From assembly GCA_964531505.1 (NCBI GenBank), contig CAZHDT010000002.1:1-46069 (forward strand): 46,069 nucleotides of DNA. The letters run 5' to 3'. This DNA comes from an uncultured Gammaproteobacteria bacterium. Lineage in GTDB: Bacteria; Patescibacteriota; Patescibacteriia; UBA2591; UBA6264. Under the pieces are notes generated by a model. That model ran no database searches. It was not told the DNA's origin and saw only the letters and a program-made list of their open reading frames with translations. Numbering within the stretch: the first letter of the stretch is position 1; each line of letters starts with the position of its first letter. Made by a program: the position numbers and the translations under genes. Positions 7,636 to 16,372 of this stretch are shown one piece after another.

Positions 7636-8106
7636 TTAATATCTCGCAAAATGGGCAAAGGCCTTATTTGCTTCTGCCATTCTATGCGCGTCATCGCGTT
7701 TTCTAATTGCGGTGCCTTGTTTTTCCATTGCATCTAAAAATTCTTGAGCAATTTTTTCTGCCATAGATTTTCCTTTTCTTGCCTTAGCTGCTTCAATAAT
7801 CCAACGAGAAGCTAAAACGAATCGACGGTTTTCATTAGTTGGAAAAGGGATTTGATAATTTGTTCCGCCAATGCGTCGCGACCGAACTTCAATTAAAGGG
7901 GCAATATTTTCCATCGCTTCTTGAAAAACATCAAGAGGATTTTTTTTGGTTTTTTCTTTAATAATATCAAAAGACTGATAAATTATTTTAGTAGCAGCAT
8001 TCTTTTTTCCCCGACGCATAATGTAATTAATAAATTTACTTAATTGCAGGGATTGATATTTTGGATCAGGTTTAATTTTTCTTTTAGGGGCTTGTTTTCC
8101 TCTCAT
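7636..8106 (-). CDS. rpsG: 30S ribosomal protein S7
   Basis: 156 aa. Typical S7 sequence (PDPKYQS..., ...[14 protein letters not shown]-like C-terminus) and str-operon position. Confidence 0.95.
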   Translation of the reverse strand: MRGKQAPKRKIKPDPKYQSLQLSKFINYIMRRGKKNAATKIIYQSFDIIKEKTKKNPLDVFQEAMENIAPLIEVRSRRIGGTNYQIPFPTNENRRFVLASRWIIEAAKARKGKSMAEKIAQEFLDAMEKQGTAIRKRDDAHRMAEANKAFAHFARY

Positions 8107-8123
8107 AATAGTTTTTTATTTTA

Positions 8124-8552
8124 TTATTTTTTTGTTTCTTTTGGTTTTTTAGTTCCATAAAGACTTCGGCCTTGTTTCCTTCCCTCTACGCCACTTGTAT
8201 CATAAACCCCTCGGACAATGTGGTAACGAACACCTGGTAAATCTTTGACTCGCCCCCCTCTTAAAAGAACGACAGAATGTTCTTGAAGGTTATGGCCGAT
8301 TCCTGGAATATAAGCGGTTACTTCCATTCCATTAGAAAGTCTTACTCTGGCGATTTTTCGCAAAGCAGAGTTAGGTTTTTTAGGGGTTTGGGTAGTAACT
8401 TTTAAGCAAACGCCTCTTAAAAAGGGATGACCCTTAGGCATTTCCTTTTTTCTTCTTTTTAAAGTATTAAAACTAATCTGCAAAGCGGGAGTTTTTGATT
8501 TTCTTTTTGATTTTTTTCTTCCTTGATGGACTAATTGATTAATTGTGGGCAT
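8124..8552 (-). CDS. rpsL: 30S ribosomal protein S12
   Basis: MPTINQLV...[11 protein letters not shown]...[30 protein letters not shown]. It is the long form with an N-terminal insertion, similar to S12 of Firmicutes. Confidence 0.97.
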   Translation of the reverse strand: MPTINQLVHQGRKKSKRKSKTPALQISFNTLKRRKKEMPKGHPFLRGVCLKVTTQTPKKPNSALRKIARVRLSNGMEVTAYIPGIGHNLQEHSVVLLRGGRVKDLPGVRYHIVRGVYDTSGVEGRKQGRSLYGTKKPKETKK

Positions 8553-8607
8553 AAGAATATTAGTAATTAATTAAGAATTAATTTTATAACTTTATTTTAG
8601 TTTTAGT

Positions 8608-8636
8608 ATTTTACTTTATTTTTTAAAAACTGTCAA
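8608..8636 (-). promoter_or_regulatory. Candidate sigma70-type promoter of rpsL-rpsG-fusA
   Basis: Minus strand reads TTGACA (8636-8631), a 17-nt spacer, then TAAAAT (8613-8608). It lies about 55 nt upstream of the rpsL ATG. Confidence 0.55.
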
Positions 8637-8665
8637 GTTTTTCGAATAATAAAATTAAGAATTTT

Positions 8666-9274
8666 TTAAAAAAGAAAACTTTGACCAATAATTAAATTAA
8701 ATAAAAAATTAGCTAAAGGTGAAAGAAAAAAATAAGCAATAAAAAAGGCGAGGAAAATGCCGATTGGGCCCAATTGAGCTAAATAATTCCATTGGCGGGG
8801 AAATAGGCTAGCAAATATTTTAGAACCGTCCAATGGTGGAAATGGAATAAGGTTAAATAAGGCTAAAAAAATATTGACATAAACAACCAACCCGATAAAT
8901 CCTGGTAAGGAAGCATTATACTTTATTATCCAAACAGAAAAAAATCTTAGAATCAATCCCAAGAAAAGAGCGATTAAAATATTGACTCCCGGACCAGCTG
9001 CTGCCACTTTTAATGTGCCATATTTTTTATCTTTTAGATTGTAAGGATTATAGGGGACGGGCTTTGCCCAGCCAAAAAAAGCGCCGGAAGTAAATAAAAG
9101 TAATAAGGGAATTATTACTGTTCCAAATAAATCCAAATGAGCAAAAGGATTTAAAGTTAATCGCCCCTGATCTTTAGCAGTAGAATCTCCCAGTTGATAA
9201 GCCGCCCAACCATGGGCATATTCGTGGAAAACGGCAGAAAGGACAATTACGAGATAGAGAAATATTTTTGTCAT
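8666..9274 (-). CDS. Site-2 protease (M50) family membrane metalloprotease
   Basis: 202 aa, polytopic. HExxH in VFHEYAHGWAAYQLGD. LIPFPPLDGSKI is the typical second M50 motif. Confidence 0.8.
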   Translation of the reverse strand: MTKIFLYLVIVLSAVFHEYAHGWAAYQLGDSTAKDQGRLTLNPFAHLDLFGTVIIPLLLLFTSGAFFGWAKPVPYNPYNLKDKKYGTLKVAAAGPGVNILIALFLGLILRFFSVWIIKYNASLPGFIGLVVYVNIFLALFNLIPFPPLDGSKIFASLFPRQWNYLAQLGPIGIFLAFFIAYFFLSPLANFLFNLIIGQSFLF

Positions 9275-9381
9275 AAATATATTTTAGCAGTTTTTTAAAA
9301 AATAAAAAAGGATTGTCTTTAATTGATAAATTTGTTAGTATATTGATACTGAATTTATGTTAATTTGTTTAAAGATTTTTT

Positions 9382-9606
9382 ATGGCAAAACGTTGTGATT
9401 TATGCGGTCGGGGTCCGCAAACAAGCATTTCTCGTTCTCATTCAAATGTGGCGACTAAAAGGCGACAATATATTAATTTACAGACAAAAAATATATCTGG
9501 TAATAAAATAAAGATTTGTACTCGTTGCTTGAAGTCTTTGAAGAGAAACTTAAGTGTGGAAACAGAAAAAGTAATTTCTACTAAAAAACCGAATAAGAAA
9601 AAATAA
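9382..9606 (+). CDS. rpmB: 50S ribosomal protein L28
   Basis: MAKRCDLCGRGPQTSISRSHSNVATKRRQYINLQ is a typical L28 N-terminus. Confidence 0.9.
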   Translation: MAKRCDLCGRGPQTSISRSHSNVATKRRQYINLQTKNISGNKIKICTRCLKSLKRNLSVETEKVISTKKPNKKK

Positions 9607-9633
9607 ATATCAATTTGATATTTATTTTATTAC

Positions 9634-9708
9634 CGGGGTGTCGTATAAAGGCTATTATGCACGCATGGGGTGCGTGTGATCCGGGTTCAATTCCCGGCAC
9701 CCCGACCA
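9634..9708 (+). tRNA. tRNA-Pro (anticodon GGG), CCA encoded
   Basis: Acceptor CGGGGTG/CACCCCG; anticodon stem CACGC/GCGTG with loop ATGGGGT; 4-nt variable region; T-arm CCGGG-TTCAATT-CCCGG; A-CCA. Confidence 0.85.
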
Positions 9709-9709
9709 G

Positions 9710-9737
9710 AAATATGCTTCAGGCATATTTTATTTTT
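9710..9737 (+). terminator. Rho-independent terminator after tRNA-Pro
   Basis: AAATATGC-TTCAG-GCATATTT followed by TATTTTT. Confidence 0.65.
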
Positions 9738-9808
9738 GGTTGTTTGATTTCTTCAAATTTGGTATTATTATAATTTATAATATTGTAATTATCATCGAGT
9801 TATAAAAA

Positions 9809-11512
9809 ATGAATAAAAAATTTTATATCACAATCAACCGTAAAAAGATTTTGGCCTCACAAAGTGAAACTATTTTGAAAATTGCTCAAAAAAACGGTTT
9901 TGAAATTCCCAGTTTATGTTACCATTCTGATTTAACTCCAAAACAAAGTTGTGGCTTGTGTTTAGTAAAGATAAAAGGGATTAAGGATTTACAAAAGGCT
10001 TGTGTTACAGAGGTAAAGCCGGATATGGAAATTACAACGGATTCGTTGGCGATAAAAAAAGCGCGGCAAAAAAATTTGGAAAAAATATTTAATAGTCATG
10101 CTGAAGAATGTTATGATTGTGTTTGGAATTATCATTGCCAGCTTTTGGAATTGGTTAAAAAAATAGGCAAGAAAAAAGAAGGATTTATTAAAAAAGAAAA
10201 AAAACAACCGGTTTATCAATTTGGTCCAGCGCTTATTTATGACTCTCAAAAATGTTTTGGATGCGAAAATTGTGTTGAGGTTTGCGAAAATCAAAGCATT
10301 GGTTTTTTAGAAAAAAAGGTAGAAAAAGATAAAATTAAAATAGTCCCCAGTCAGGATCCCCGAAAACAATGTGTTTATTGCGGTCAGTGTTTAATCCATT
10401 GTCCAGCTGGCGCTTTTGAAGGAGTGGGGGAATTTGAAGATGTTGAAAAACCCTTGAGTCAAAAAAATAAAATAGTGGTCTTTCAAATCGCGCCTGCTGT
10501 TAGAACCGCTTTGGGGGAAGAATTTGATTTGCCTTTGGGAATTTCCGTTTTAGATAAGATAGTAGACGGTCTTAAAAAATTAGGCGCAGATAAAGTTTTT
10601 GATGTGAGCGTTGGCGCTGATTTTACTACCCTTGAAGCAGAAAATGATTTAAATAAAAAATTAAAGGACAGTCAAAATTTTTGTATTTTTAGTTCTTGTT
10701 GTCCTTCTTGGGTAAGGTTTGTGGAATTATATTTTCCTGAATATATTTCAAATTTAGCTCAAATTCGTTCCCCGCAAATAATTTTAGGCGGGTTGATTAA
10801 AACTTATTGGGCAAAAAAGCAAAAAATAAATTCTAAAGATATTTTTGTGGTTTCGGTTATGCCCTGCGTGGCTAAAAAATATGAAATTACTAGACCAGAA
10901 ATAATGGTTAATGGTTTTAAACCAGTAGATTATGTTTTAACTACTAGAGGATTAGCGCAACTTTTTAAAAAAAATAAAATTGATTTAAAAAATCTTAAAG
11001 GAGAAGAATTGGACAATCCCTTTAATGCGCCATCTGGAGCAGGAATTATTTATGGTATTAGCGGTGGAGTGACTGAAGCAATGGTTAGAATAAACACTCA
11101 TTTAAAGGGAGAAAAAAAAGATTTTTTAAAAATAAAAAAAATAAATTCCCATCGGAAGGAAATTGAATTTAATGTTAACAAACGAATTTTGAAAATGGCA
11201 ATCATTGACGGTTTGGGAGAAGCAAGAAAGGTTTTACAAGAAATGAAAAAAGAACCAGGGAAATATCAATGTTTAGAAGTAATGGCTTGTTCAGGAGGTT
11301 GTTTGGGGGGAGGTGGACAACCGCTGCCAACTAACGAATTAGTTAGAGAAAAAAGGAAAAAGGGTCTTTTGGGAATTGACCGACGAAGTAATAATAAAAA
11401 AGCAACTCAAAATAAGATAGTAAAAATTATTAATCAAGAATTTTTAAAAAATTTAAATCTTAGAAAAAAAGTTTTTAGGGTTGATTATTTTTCTAAAAGA
11501 AAAAATAAATAA
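9809..11512 (+). CDS. hydA: [FeFe]-hydrogenase catalytic subunit, clostridial M3-type domain layout
   Basis: N-terminal 2Fe-2S pattern CYHSDLTPKQSCGLCLV; His-ligated cluster HAEECYDCVWNYHC; two 4Fe-4S motifs CFGCENCVEVC and CVYCGQCLIHCP. H-cluster motifs are SSCCPSW, MPCVAKKYE and EVMACSGGCLGGGGQP. Confidence 0.88.
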   Translation: MNKKFYITINRKKILASQSETILKIAQKNGFEIPSLCYHSDLTPKQSCGLCLVKIKGIKDLQKACVTEVKPDMEITTDSLAIKKARQKNLEKIFNSHAEECYDCVWNYHCQLLELVKKIGKKKEGFIKKEKKQPVYQFGPALIYDSQKCFGCENCVEVCENQSIGFLEKKVEKDKIKIVPSQDPRKQCVYCGQCLIHCPAGAFEGVGEFEDVEKPLSQKNKIVVFQIAPAVRTALGEEFDLPLGISVLDKIVDGLKKLGADKVFDVSVGADFTTLEAENDLNKKLKDSQNFCIFSSCCPSWVRFVELYFPEYISNLAQIRSPQIILGGLIKTYWAKKQKINSKDIFVVSVMPCVAKKYEITRPEIMVNGFKPVDYVLTTRGLAQLFKKNKIDLKNLKGEELDNPFNAPSGAGIIYGISGGVTEAMVRINTHLKGEKKDFLKIKKINSHRKEIEFNVNKRILKMAIIDGLGEARKVLQEMKKEPGKYQCLEVMACSGGCLGGGGQPLPTNELVREKRKKGLLGIDRRSNNKKATQNKIVKIINQEFLKNLNLRKKVFRVDYFSKRKNK

Positions 11513-11515
11513 TAT

Positions 11516-11555
11516 TTCAACAAGAATTAAAAATTATTTTTTAATTCTTGTTGAA
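11516..11555. terminator. Perfect 18-bp inverted repeat (bidirectional terminator-like) at the hydA/smpB convergence
   Basis: TTCAACAAGAATTAAAAA-TTAT-TTTTTAATTCTTGTTGAA. The left arm overlaps the smpB stop codon and the right arm lies inside the last smpB codons. Confidence 0.6.
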
Positions 11556-11979
11556 TCTTTTTTTTAATATCCTTTTGCTTAATATCTTCGCGCTTATCCC
11601 ATTTCTTTTTTCCCTTAGCTAAACCGATTTCTAGCTTTATTATTCTATTTTTTATATAAACTTTTAAAGGAATTAAAGAAAAGCCCTTTACTTTAAGTTT
11701 ACCAATCAAAAAATTTATTTCCTTTTTATTAAGGAGTAGTTTTCTATTTTGAGTCGGATTGTAATCTTTTTGAACTTGACTGGCTAGTGGATATGGGCTT
11801 ACATGAACATTAATTAGCTGGGGGTTTTTCCTGGCGTTTATACTAACATAACCGCCTTTTAAGTTAATTCGGCCATTTTTTATTGATTTAACTTCCGGAC
11901 CAGAGAGAACAATTCCCGCTTCAATGGTTTCTATGATTTCATAATCAAAAAAAGCTTTTTTATTAGTGGTGATTATCAT
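11527..11979 (-). CDS. smpB: SsrA-binding protein SmpB
   Basis: KKAFFDYEIIETIEAGIVLSGPEVKSIKNGRINLKGGYV is typical of SmpB. 150 aa. Confidence 0.93.
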   Translation of the reverse strand: MIITTNKKAFFDYEIIETIEAGIVLSGPEVKSIKNGRINLKGGYVSINARKNPQLINVHVSPYPLASQVQKDYNPTQNRKLLLNKKEINFLIGKLKVKGFSLIPLKVYIKNRIIKLEIGLAKGKKKWDKREDIKQKDIKKKIQQELKNNF

Positions 11980-12112
11980 ATTTTATATTATAGCACAATA
12001 AAGTTTATTTTATAGATATTAACCCAAAACGTGTTCTTGCCAATTGTTTTTATATTTGTTATTATTACAATATAGCAATAGGAAATAAAGACATAATCTA
12101 TTTTATTTTTAT

Positions 12113-13285
12113 ATGAAAATAGGTATTGATTGTCGGACAATTTTAAATCCGGAAAAGGGAGAAGCGGCTGGAATTGGCCATTATACTTACCAACTTGTAA
12201 GGCATCTTTTAGAAATAGACAAAAAAAATCATTATTATCTTTTTTTTGACCGTTCGGTGGATAAAAAAAGGTTGGCAAAATTTAGCCAAAATAATGTTTT
12301 TATCAGATTTTTTCCTTTTAACCAATATAAAAAGTTAATATCTTCCCGTTACCAAAATTTTTTAGTAAACGCGATTATTGCAAAAGAAAATTTAGACGTG
12401 ATTCATTTTCCAAGTATTACTTTTTCTAGTTCTTACCAAGGTCCTAGCGTAGTAACGGTTCACGATTTAACTTTTTATAAATTTTCTGAATTAATTCCCT
12501 CAAAAGACGCTCAATTATTAAAGAAAATTATTCCAGAAACTTTAAAAAATTCTAGAAAAATTATTGCGGTTTCCAAATCAACCGCGCAAGACATTAGAAA
12601 AATCTTTACTTTAAAAGAAGATAAAATAGAAGTGGTTTATCACGGATTTGATAAAAGGTTTTTTACAAAAAGAACAAAAAAAGAAATAGAAGTAATTAAA
12701 AGAAAATTTAAAATCAGGAAAAAATATTTTCTTTTTTTAGGAACATTAGACCGAAGAAAAAATATTATTAGATTAGTTGAATCTTATGAACGCTTAAGAC
12801 AAGGAATTAGCTTGGGAAAGGGAAAAATTGATTATAGAAAATTTCAGTTGGTTTTGGCTGGCGCGCCCGGCCAAAGTTTCAGTAGAATAAAAAATAAAAT
12901 TTTAAAATCAGAATATAAAGAAGATATTATTATTCCCGGATATATTAAAGCAGACGACCTTGGCTTGTTATTTAGCGGGGCAAGTTTATTTGTTTTTCCT
13001 TCTCTTTATGAAGGATTCGGATCGCCGATTCTTGAAGCAATGGCAAAAAATGTTCCGGTTATTACCAGTAACCACTCTTCTATGGCTGAAATTTCTTCTA
13101 AAGCGGCATTATTAGTTAATCCTTATGATGTCGGCGATATTTCTCGGGCAATAGACTCTTTATTAAAGGATAAGGGTTTGGCAAAAGAAAATAAAATAAA
13201 AGGAAACAGGGTCGCTCGAAATTTTTCTTGGGAAAAGTGCGCCAAAAAGACTTTAGTTGTTTACAAAAAGGCGGCAAAGAAGTAA
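12113..13285 (+). CDS. Glycosyltransferase family 4 (GT-B, GT1-type C-domain)
   Basis: 390 aa. C-terminal FPSLYEGFGSPILEAMAKNVPVITS motif (EX7E region). Confidence 0.85.
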   Translation: MKIGIDCRTILNPEKGEAAGIGHYTYQLVRHLLEIDKKNHYYLFFDRSVDKKRLAKFSQNNVFIRFFPFNQYKKLISSRYQNFLVNAIIAKENLDVIHFPSITFSSSYQGPSVVTVHDLTFYKFSELIPSKDAQLLKKIIPETLKNSRKIIAVSKSTAQDIRKIFTLKEDKIEVVYHGFDKRFFTKRTKKEIEVIKRKFKIRKKYFLFLGTLDRRKNIIRLVESYERLRQGISLGKGKIDYRKFQLVLAGAPGQSFSRIKNKILKSEYKEDIIIPGYIKADDLGLLFSGASLFVFPSLYEGFGSPILEAMAKNVPVITSNHSSMAEISSKAALLVNPYDVGDISRAIDSLLKDKGLAKENKIKGNRVARNFSWEKCAKKTLVVYKKAAKK

Positions 13286-13341
13286 AATATACATTATAAT
13301 TTTTATTTTTACTAATAAATATCAATTTAATTAATTAATCT

Positions 13342-13761
13342 ATGGAAAACAAAGAAAGTATGAACAATGGAAAAAGGGGTTTAACCCTGCTAATTTTTAG
13401 CATCATCATTTTAGTTGCGATTATTGTCTTTCTCATTTTCACTATTTTTGTTTCGCCGGTGAAAGGGAGCGACATGTACGCGGTTTTTTTGAGTAATGGT
13501 CGCAGTTATTTTGGCCAAATTGCCAAGCAAAATTCTCAAACGGTTGTTTTAAGGAATGTGTTTTATCTTCAGGTACAACAGATTCCCGCGACTGAAGAAA
13601 ATGCGGAGCCTCAACCACAACTTTCTTTAATTAATGTAAGTGACGAAATTCATGGACCGGAGAGTGAAATGCAAATTAGTCGTAATCATATCCTATTCTT
13701 ACAAAAGTTAAGGAAAGATTCTCAAGTTTTAAAAAGTATTGAAGAACAAGCTGGAGAATAG
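13342..13761 (+). CDS. Hypothetical N-terminally membrane-anchored protein
   Basis: 139 aa with a single TM (LTLLIFSIIILVAIIVFLIFTIFV). No recognisable motif. Confidence 0.55.
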   Translation: MENKESMNNGKRGLTLLIFSIIILVAIIVFLIFTIFVSPVKGSDMYAVFLSNGRSYFGQIAKQNSQTVVLRNVFYLQVQQIPATEENAEPQPQLSLINVSDEIHGPESEMQISRNHILFLQKLRKDSQVLKSIEEQAGE

Positions 13762-13779
13762 TTCTAAAAAATAAAAGGT

Positions 13780-15633
13780 ATGAATAAATTTCAGCCAAAA
13801 AGCAAAAAAGGCGGTTTTTGGGGCGCAATTTTTGTTTTAGTGGTTTTATTTGGTTTGAGTTTATTCAGCCTTTTTTATTTTAATCAGGATTCATTGGAAA
13901 ATGATGGTCGAGAAGTAAAATTTTGGCTTTATCGGAGGGAAAATCAGTTAATTGGACAAGAAGGAACCTTTTTTATTTTTATCAAAAATCAGGAAACGGC
14001 TGACCTTAAAGATGTGGAAATAACAATAAATTTCCCAGAGTCTTTTCAAATGACTTATAGTTTTCCTGAATGCCGTGAAAAACTTGTTCAAGGGGGTATT
14101 TGGGAATTTGAAAAGATAAAAAGAAACCAATTGCAGGAAATAGAAATAAAGGGAAAGTTTTTGGGAGCGGCTGATCAGATCCAAAATTTTGTCGGTCGGG
14201 CAGACTTTCTTTTAACTGGATTTTCTTCACTTTTCCAAAAGAATTTTTCTTCCGCCGTAGTTTTAGATCCAGCCTTATCATTAATTTGGGAGGCCCCAGA
14301 GCAGTCTTATTTTGGGCAAGTAATTAAATCTTTTATCTCTTTAGAAAATGTCAGTGATGATTTAATCATTGATTCGGAGGTGATTCTAAATTATCCCCAA
14401 GAATTCGTTATCGAATCAGCTGAATTAACGGATTCAATCGAGGGGGTGGAAATCAATTCAAGCCAAAGTCAGGTAAAATGGAGAATAAAAAATTTAAATT
14501 CTAAAGAAAAAAGGAAGATTGAATTTACTGGTTTTGTTCAAGATTCTAATATTTCTGAAATAAATTTTGATTTAAAAACGGGAATTTTATATCAAGGGAA
14601 TTTTTATCTACAAGAAAAAAAAGAAAAAAAAGTTTTTTATGAAAAAGTAAATTTTCCTTTAACTTTAGAAATTAATAATTCTGTTCGCCAAAATCAAAGC
14701 GCTGATTGGGGAGATAATGTTTTTGCGACATTTTCTTATAAGAATGAAACAAACGAGATAATTAAAGATTTTTCTTTAAAATTTAAAACTGAAGGAGATG
14801 AATATCTTGACATTAATAAGCTTTATCAAACGGATTGGCGTTATTACAAAACCTCATCAATCACAAGCCAACCAGCTTATATCTTTGGCAAACTTACTTC
14901 GGAATTAATTACCCGGGGCTGGTCAGCTGATTTAATTCCAGAATTTAATGAAATTATGCCCCAGGAACAAGGAACAATTGTTTTTGAAATACCAATTAAA
15001 CAAGCGTTTCAATTTGATAACAAGGGTTTAATTTCTCCTAAAATTACCTTTAATTTAGTTGCGCTTGGGAAATTGGGACAGCAAGAGATTAATTGGGAGA
15101 TTTCAGCAAATAAAATATATCTTTTTTTAAACACAGAAGCTATTTTAAAAGCAGATGCCCGTTATTATAATGATGAAAAAATTCCTTTAGGTAGCGGACC
15201 ATTACCATTAGAAAAAGATAAAGAAACTTTTTTATGGATTTTTTGGGAAATTAAAAATACCAATAATCCCATTAAAAATGTTTTAGTGACAAGCAAGCTT
15301 CCTATAGGAATAGAATGGACCGGAAAAACCAAAGCTAGCCAAGGAATCATTCTTTATCAAACCGATAAAAATGAAGTTAATTGGAAAATTGATGAATTGG
15401 AGGCTTATCAAGGGGGACCATATTCTTTAGTTGAAGGAGCTTTTGAAGTGAAAATTAAGCCAAATCAAGAACAATTAAAGTCATTTGTTCCATTAACTGA
15501 GGAAATATTTTTTACTGCGCAAGATAAAACTACCAATAATCCAATTTTTCAAAATATTCAACCTTTGGATTCGTCTCTAAAAGATGATTCCTGGTTTCAA
15601 GAAATTAATTCAAATAACAAAACCGATAAATAG
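13780..15633 (+). CDS. Hypothetical large membrane-anchored extracytoplasmic protein
   Basis: 617 aa. N-terminal TM (GFWGAIFVLVVLFGLSLFSLFYF) followed by a long beta-rich-looking region. It contains recurrent ...W.I.NL...E...IEF... segments (VKWRIKNLNSKEKRKIEF, VNWKIDELEAYQGG) reminiscent of DUF11/CARDB-type repeats. This is a recollection, not a search result. Confidence 0.55.
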   Translation: MNKFQPKSKKGGFWGAIFVLVVLFGLSLFSLFYFNQDSLENDGREVKFWLYRRENQLIGQEGTFFIFIKNQETADLKDVEITINFPESFQMTYSFPECREKLVQGGIWEFEKIKRNQLQEIEIKGKFLGAADQIQNFVGRADFLLTGFSSLFQKNFSSAVVLDPALSLIWEAPEQSYFGQVIKSFISLENVSDDLIIDSEVILNYPQEFVIESAELTDSIEGVEINSSQSQVKWRIKNLNSKEKRKIEFTGFVQDSNISEINFDLKTGILYQGNFYLQEKKEKKVFYEKVNFPLTLEINNSVRQNQSADWGDNVFATFSYKNETNEIIKDFSLKFKTEGDEYLDINKLYQTDWRYYKTSSITSQPAYIFGKLTSELITRGWSADLIPEFNEIMPQEQGTIVFEIPIKQAFQFDNKGLISPKITFNLVALGKLGQQEINWEISANKIYLFLNTEAILKADARYYNDEKIPLGSGPLPLEKDKETFLWIFWEIKNTNNPIKNVLVTSKLPIGIEWTGKTKASQGIILYQTDKNEVNWKIDELEAYQGGPYSLVEGAFEVKIKPNQEQLKSFVPLTEEIFFTAQDKTTNNPIFQNIQPLDSSLKDDSWFQEINSNNKTDK

Positions 15634-15639
15634 ATTATT

Positions 15640-16365
15640 ATGAGCGCAACAAATCGTTTATTGGGAATTGTTTTAAATAAAATCAATTATTTGGAGAACG
15701 ACCAGATAATTGATTTTTATACATTGGAGAGGGGGAAAGTGGAGATTTTAGTGAGGGGAGCTAGAAAAATTAATTCCAAATTAGCGCCGATTATTTCCGA
15801 ACCCTTTACTTTATTGATTTTAACCGTGGCGGATGGCAAAAATTATTTTCATTTAATCGGTGGAGAAAAAAAACAGAGATTTTTAGGAATTTTAAAAAGA
15901 AAATCACAAAGTTTTAAATTGTACTCTTTATTTAAAAAAATCGATCAGTTAATAAAATCAGAGCCGGACAAAAAAGTTTTTTCTTTAATAATAAGGTTTT
16001 TAGAAACTATTGATGAATCTCCTGAAATGAACTTTTTGGCTGTATATAACGCTTTTTTAATTAAATTTCTTTCTTTTTTGGGTTATCGGCCAGAAATAAG
16101 AAAATGTCTTATTTGTCAAAAGGAAATTAAACAGGATAAAATGTTTTTTAATTTTAAAAAAGGAGGGATAGTCTGCTCGCATCATCCTTTTGAAAAAGAT
16201 TTTGAAAAAGCAGAAGTAATTATTATAAATCAGGCGCTTTTAACCGTTTTACAAAAACTTCTTTATCAAAATTTTAATTTTATTATTAAGGGCGGTTTTC
16301 AAGAAACGGATTTGAAAAAATCCGGCAATTTAATTAAAAAATTTTTTCTTTGGCATTTAAATTAA
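15640..16365 (+). CDS. recO: DNA repair protein RecO
   Basis: N-terminal OB-fold pattern GIVLNKINYLENDQIIDFYTLERGKVEILVRGARK and a Cys-rich CLICQKE...CSHH zinc motif. 241 aa. Confidence 0.8.
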   Translation: MSATNRLLGIVLNKINYLENDQIIDFYTLERGKVEILVRGARKINSKLAPIISEPFTLLILTVADGKNYFHLIGGEKKQRFLGILKRKSQSFKLYSLFKKIDQLIKSEPDKKVFSLIIRFLETIDESPEMNFLAVYNAFLIKFLSFLGYRPEIRKCLICQKEIKQDKMFFNFKKGGIVCSHHPFEKDFEKAEVIIINQALLTVLQKLLYQNFNFIIKGGFQETDLKKSGNLIKKFFLWHLN

Positions 16366-16372
16366 AATTCAA

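Noticed and set aside
11988-12278. 96-aa minus-strand ORF between smpB and the GT4 gene
   Set aside because: It overlaps the well-supported start of the glycosyltransferase (12113) by 166 nt. Its composition is implausible and it has no motif. The region upstream of 12113 is better explained as a promoter or spacer.
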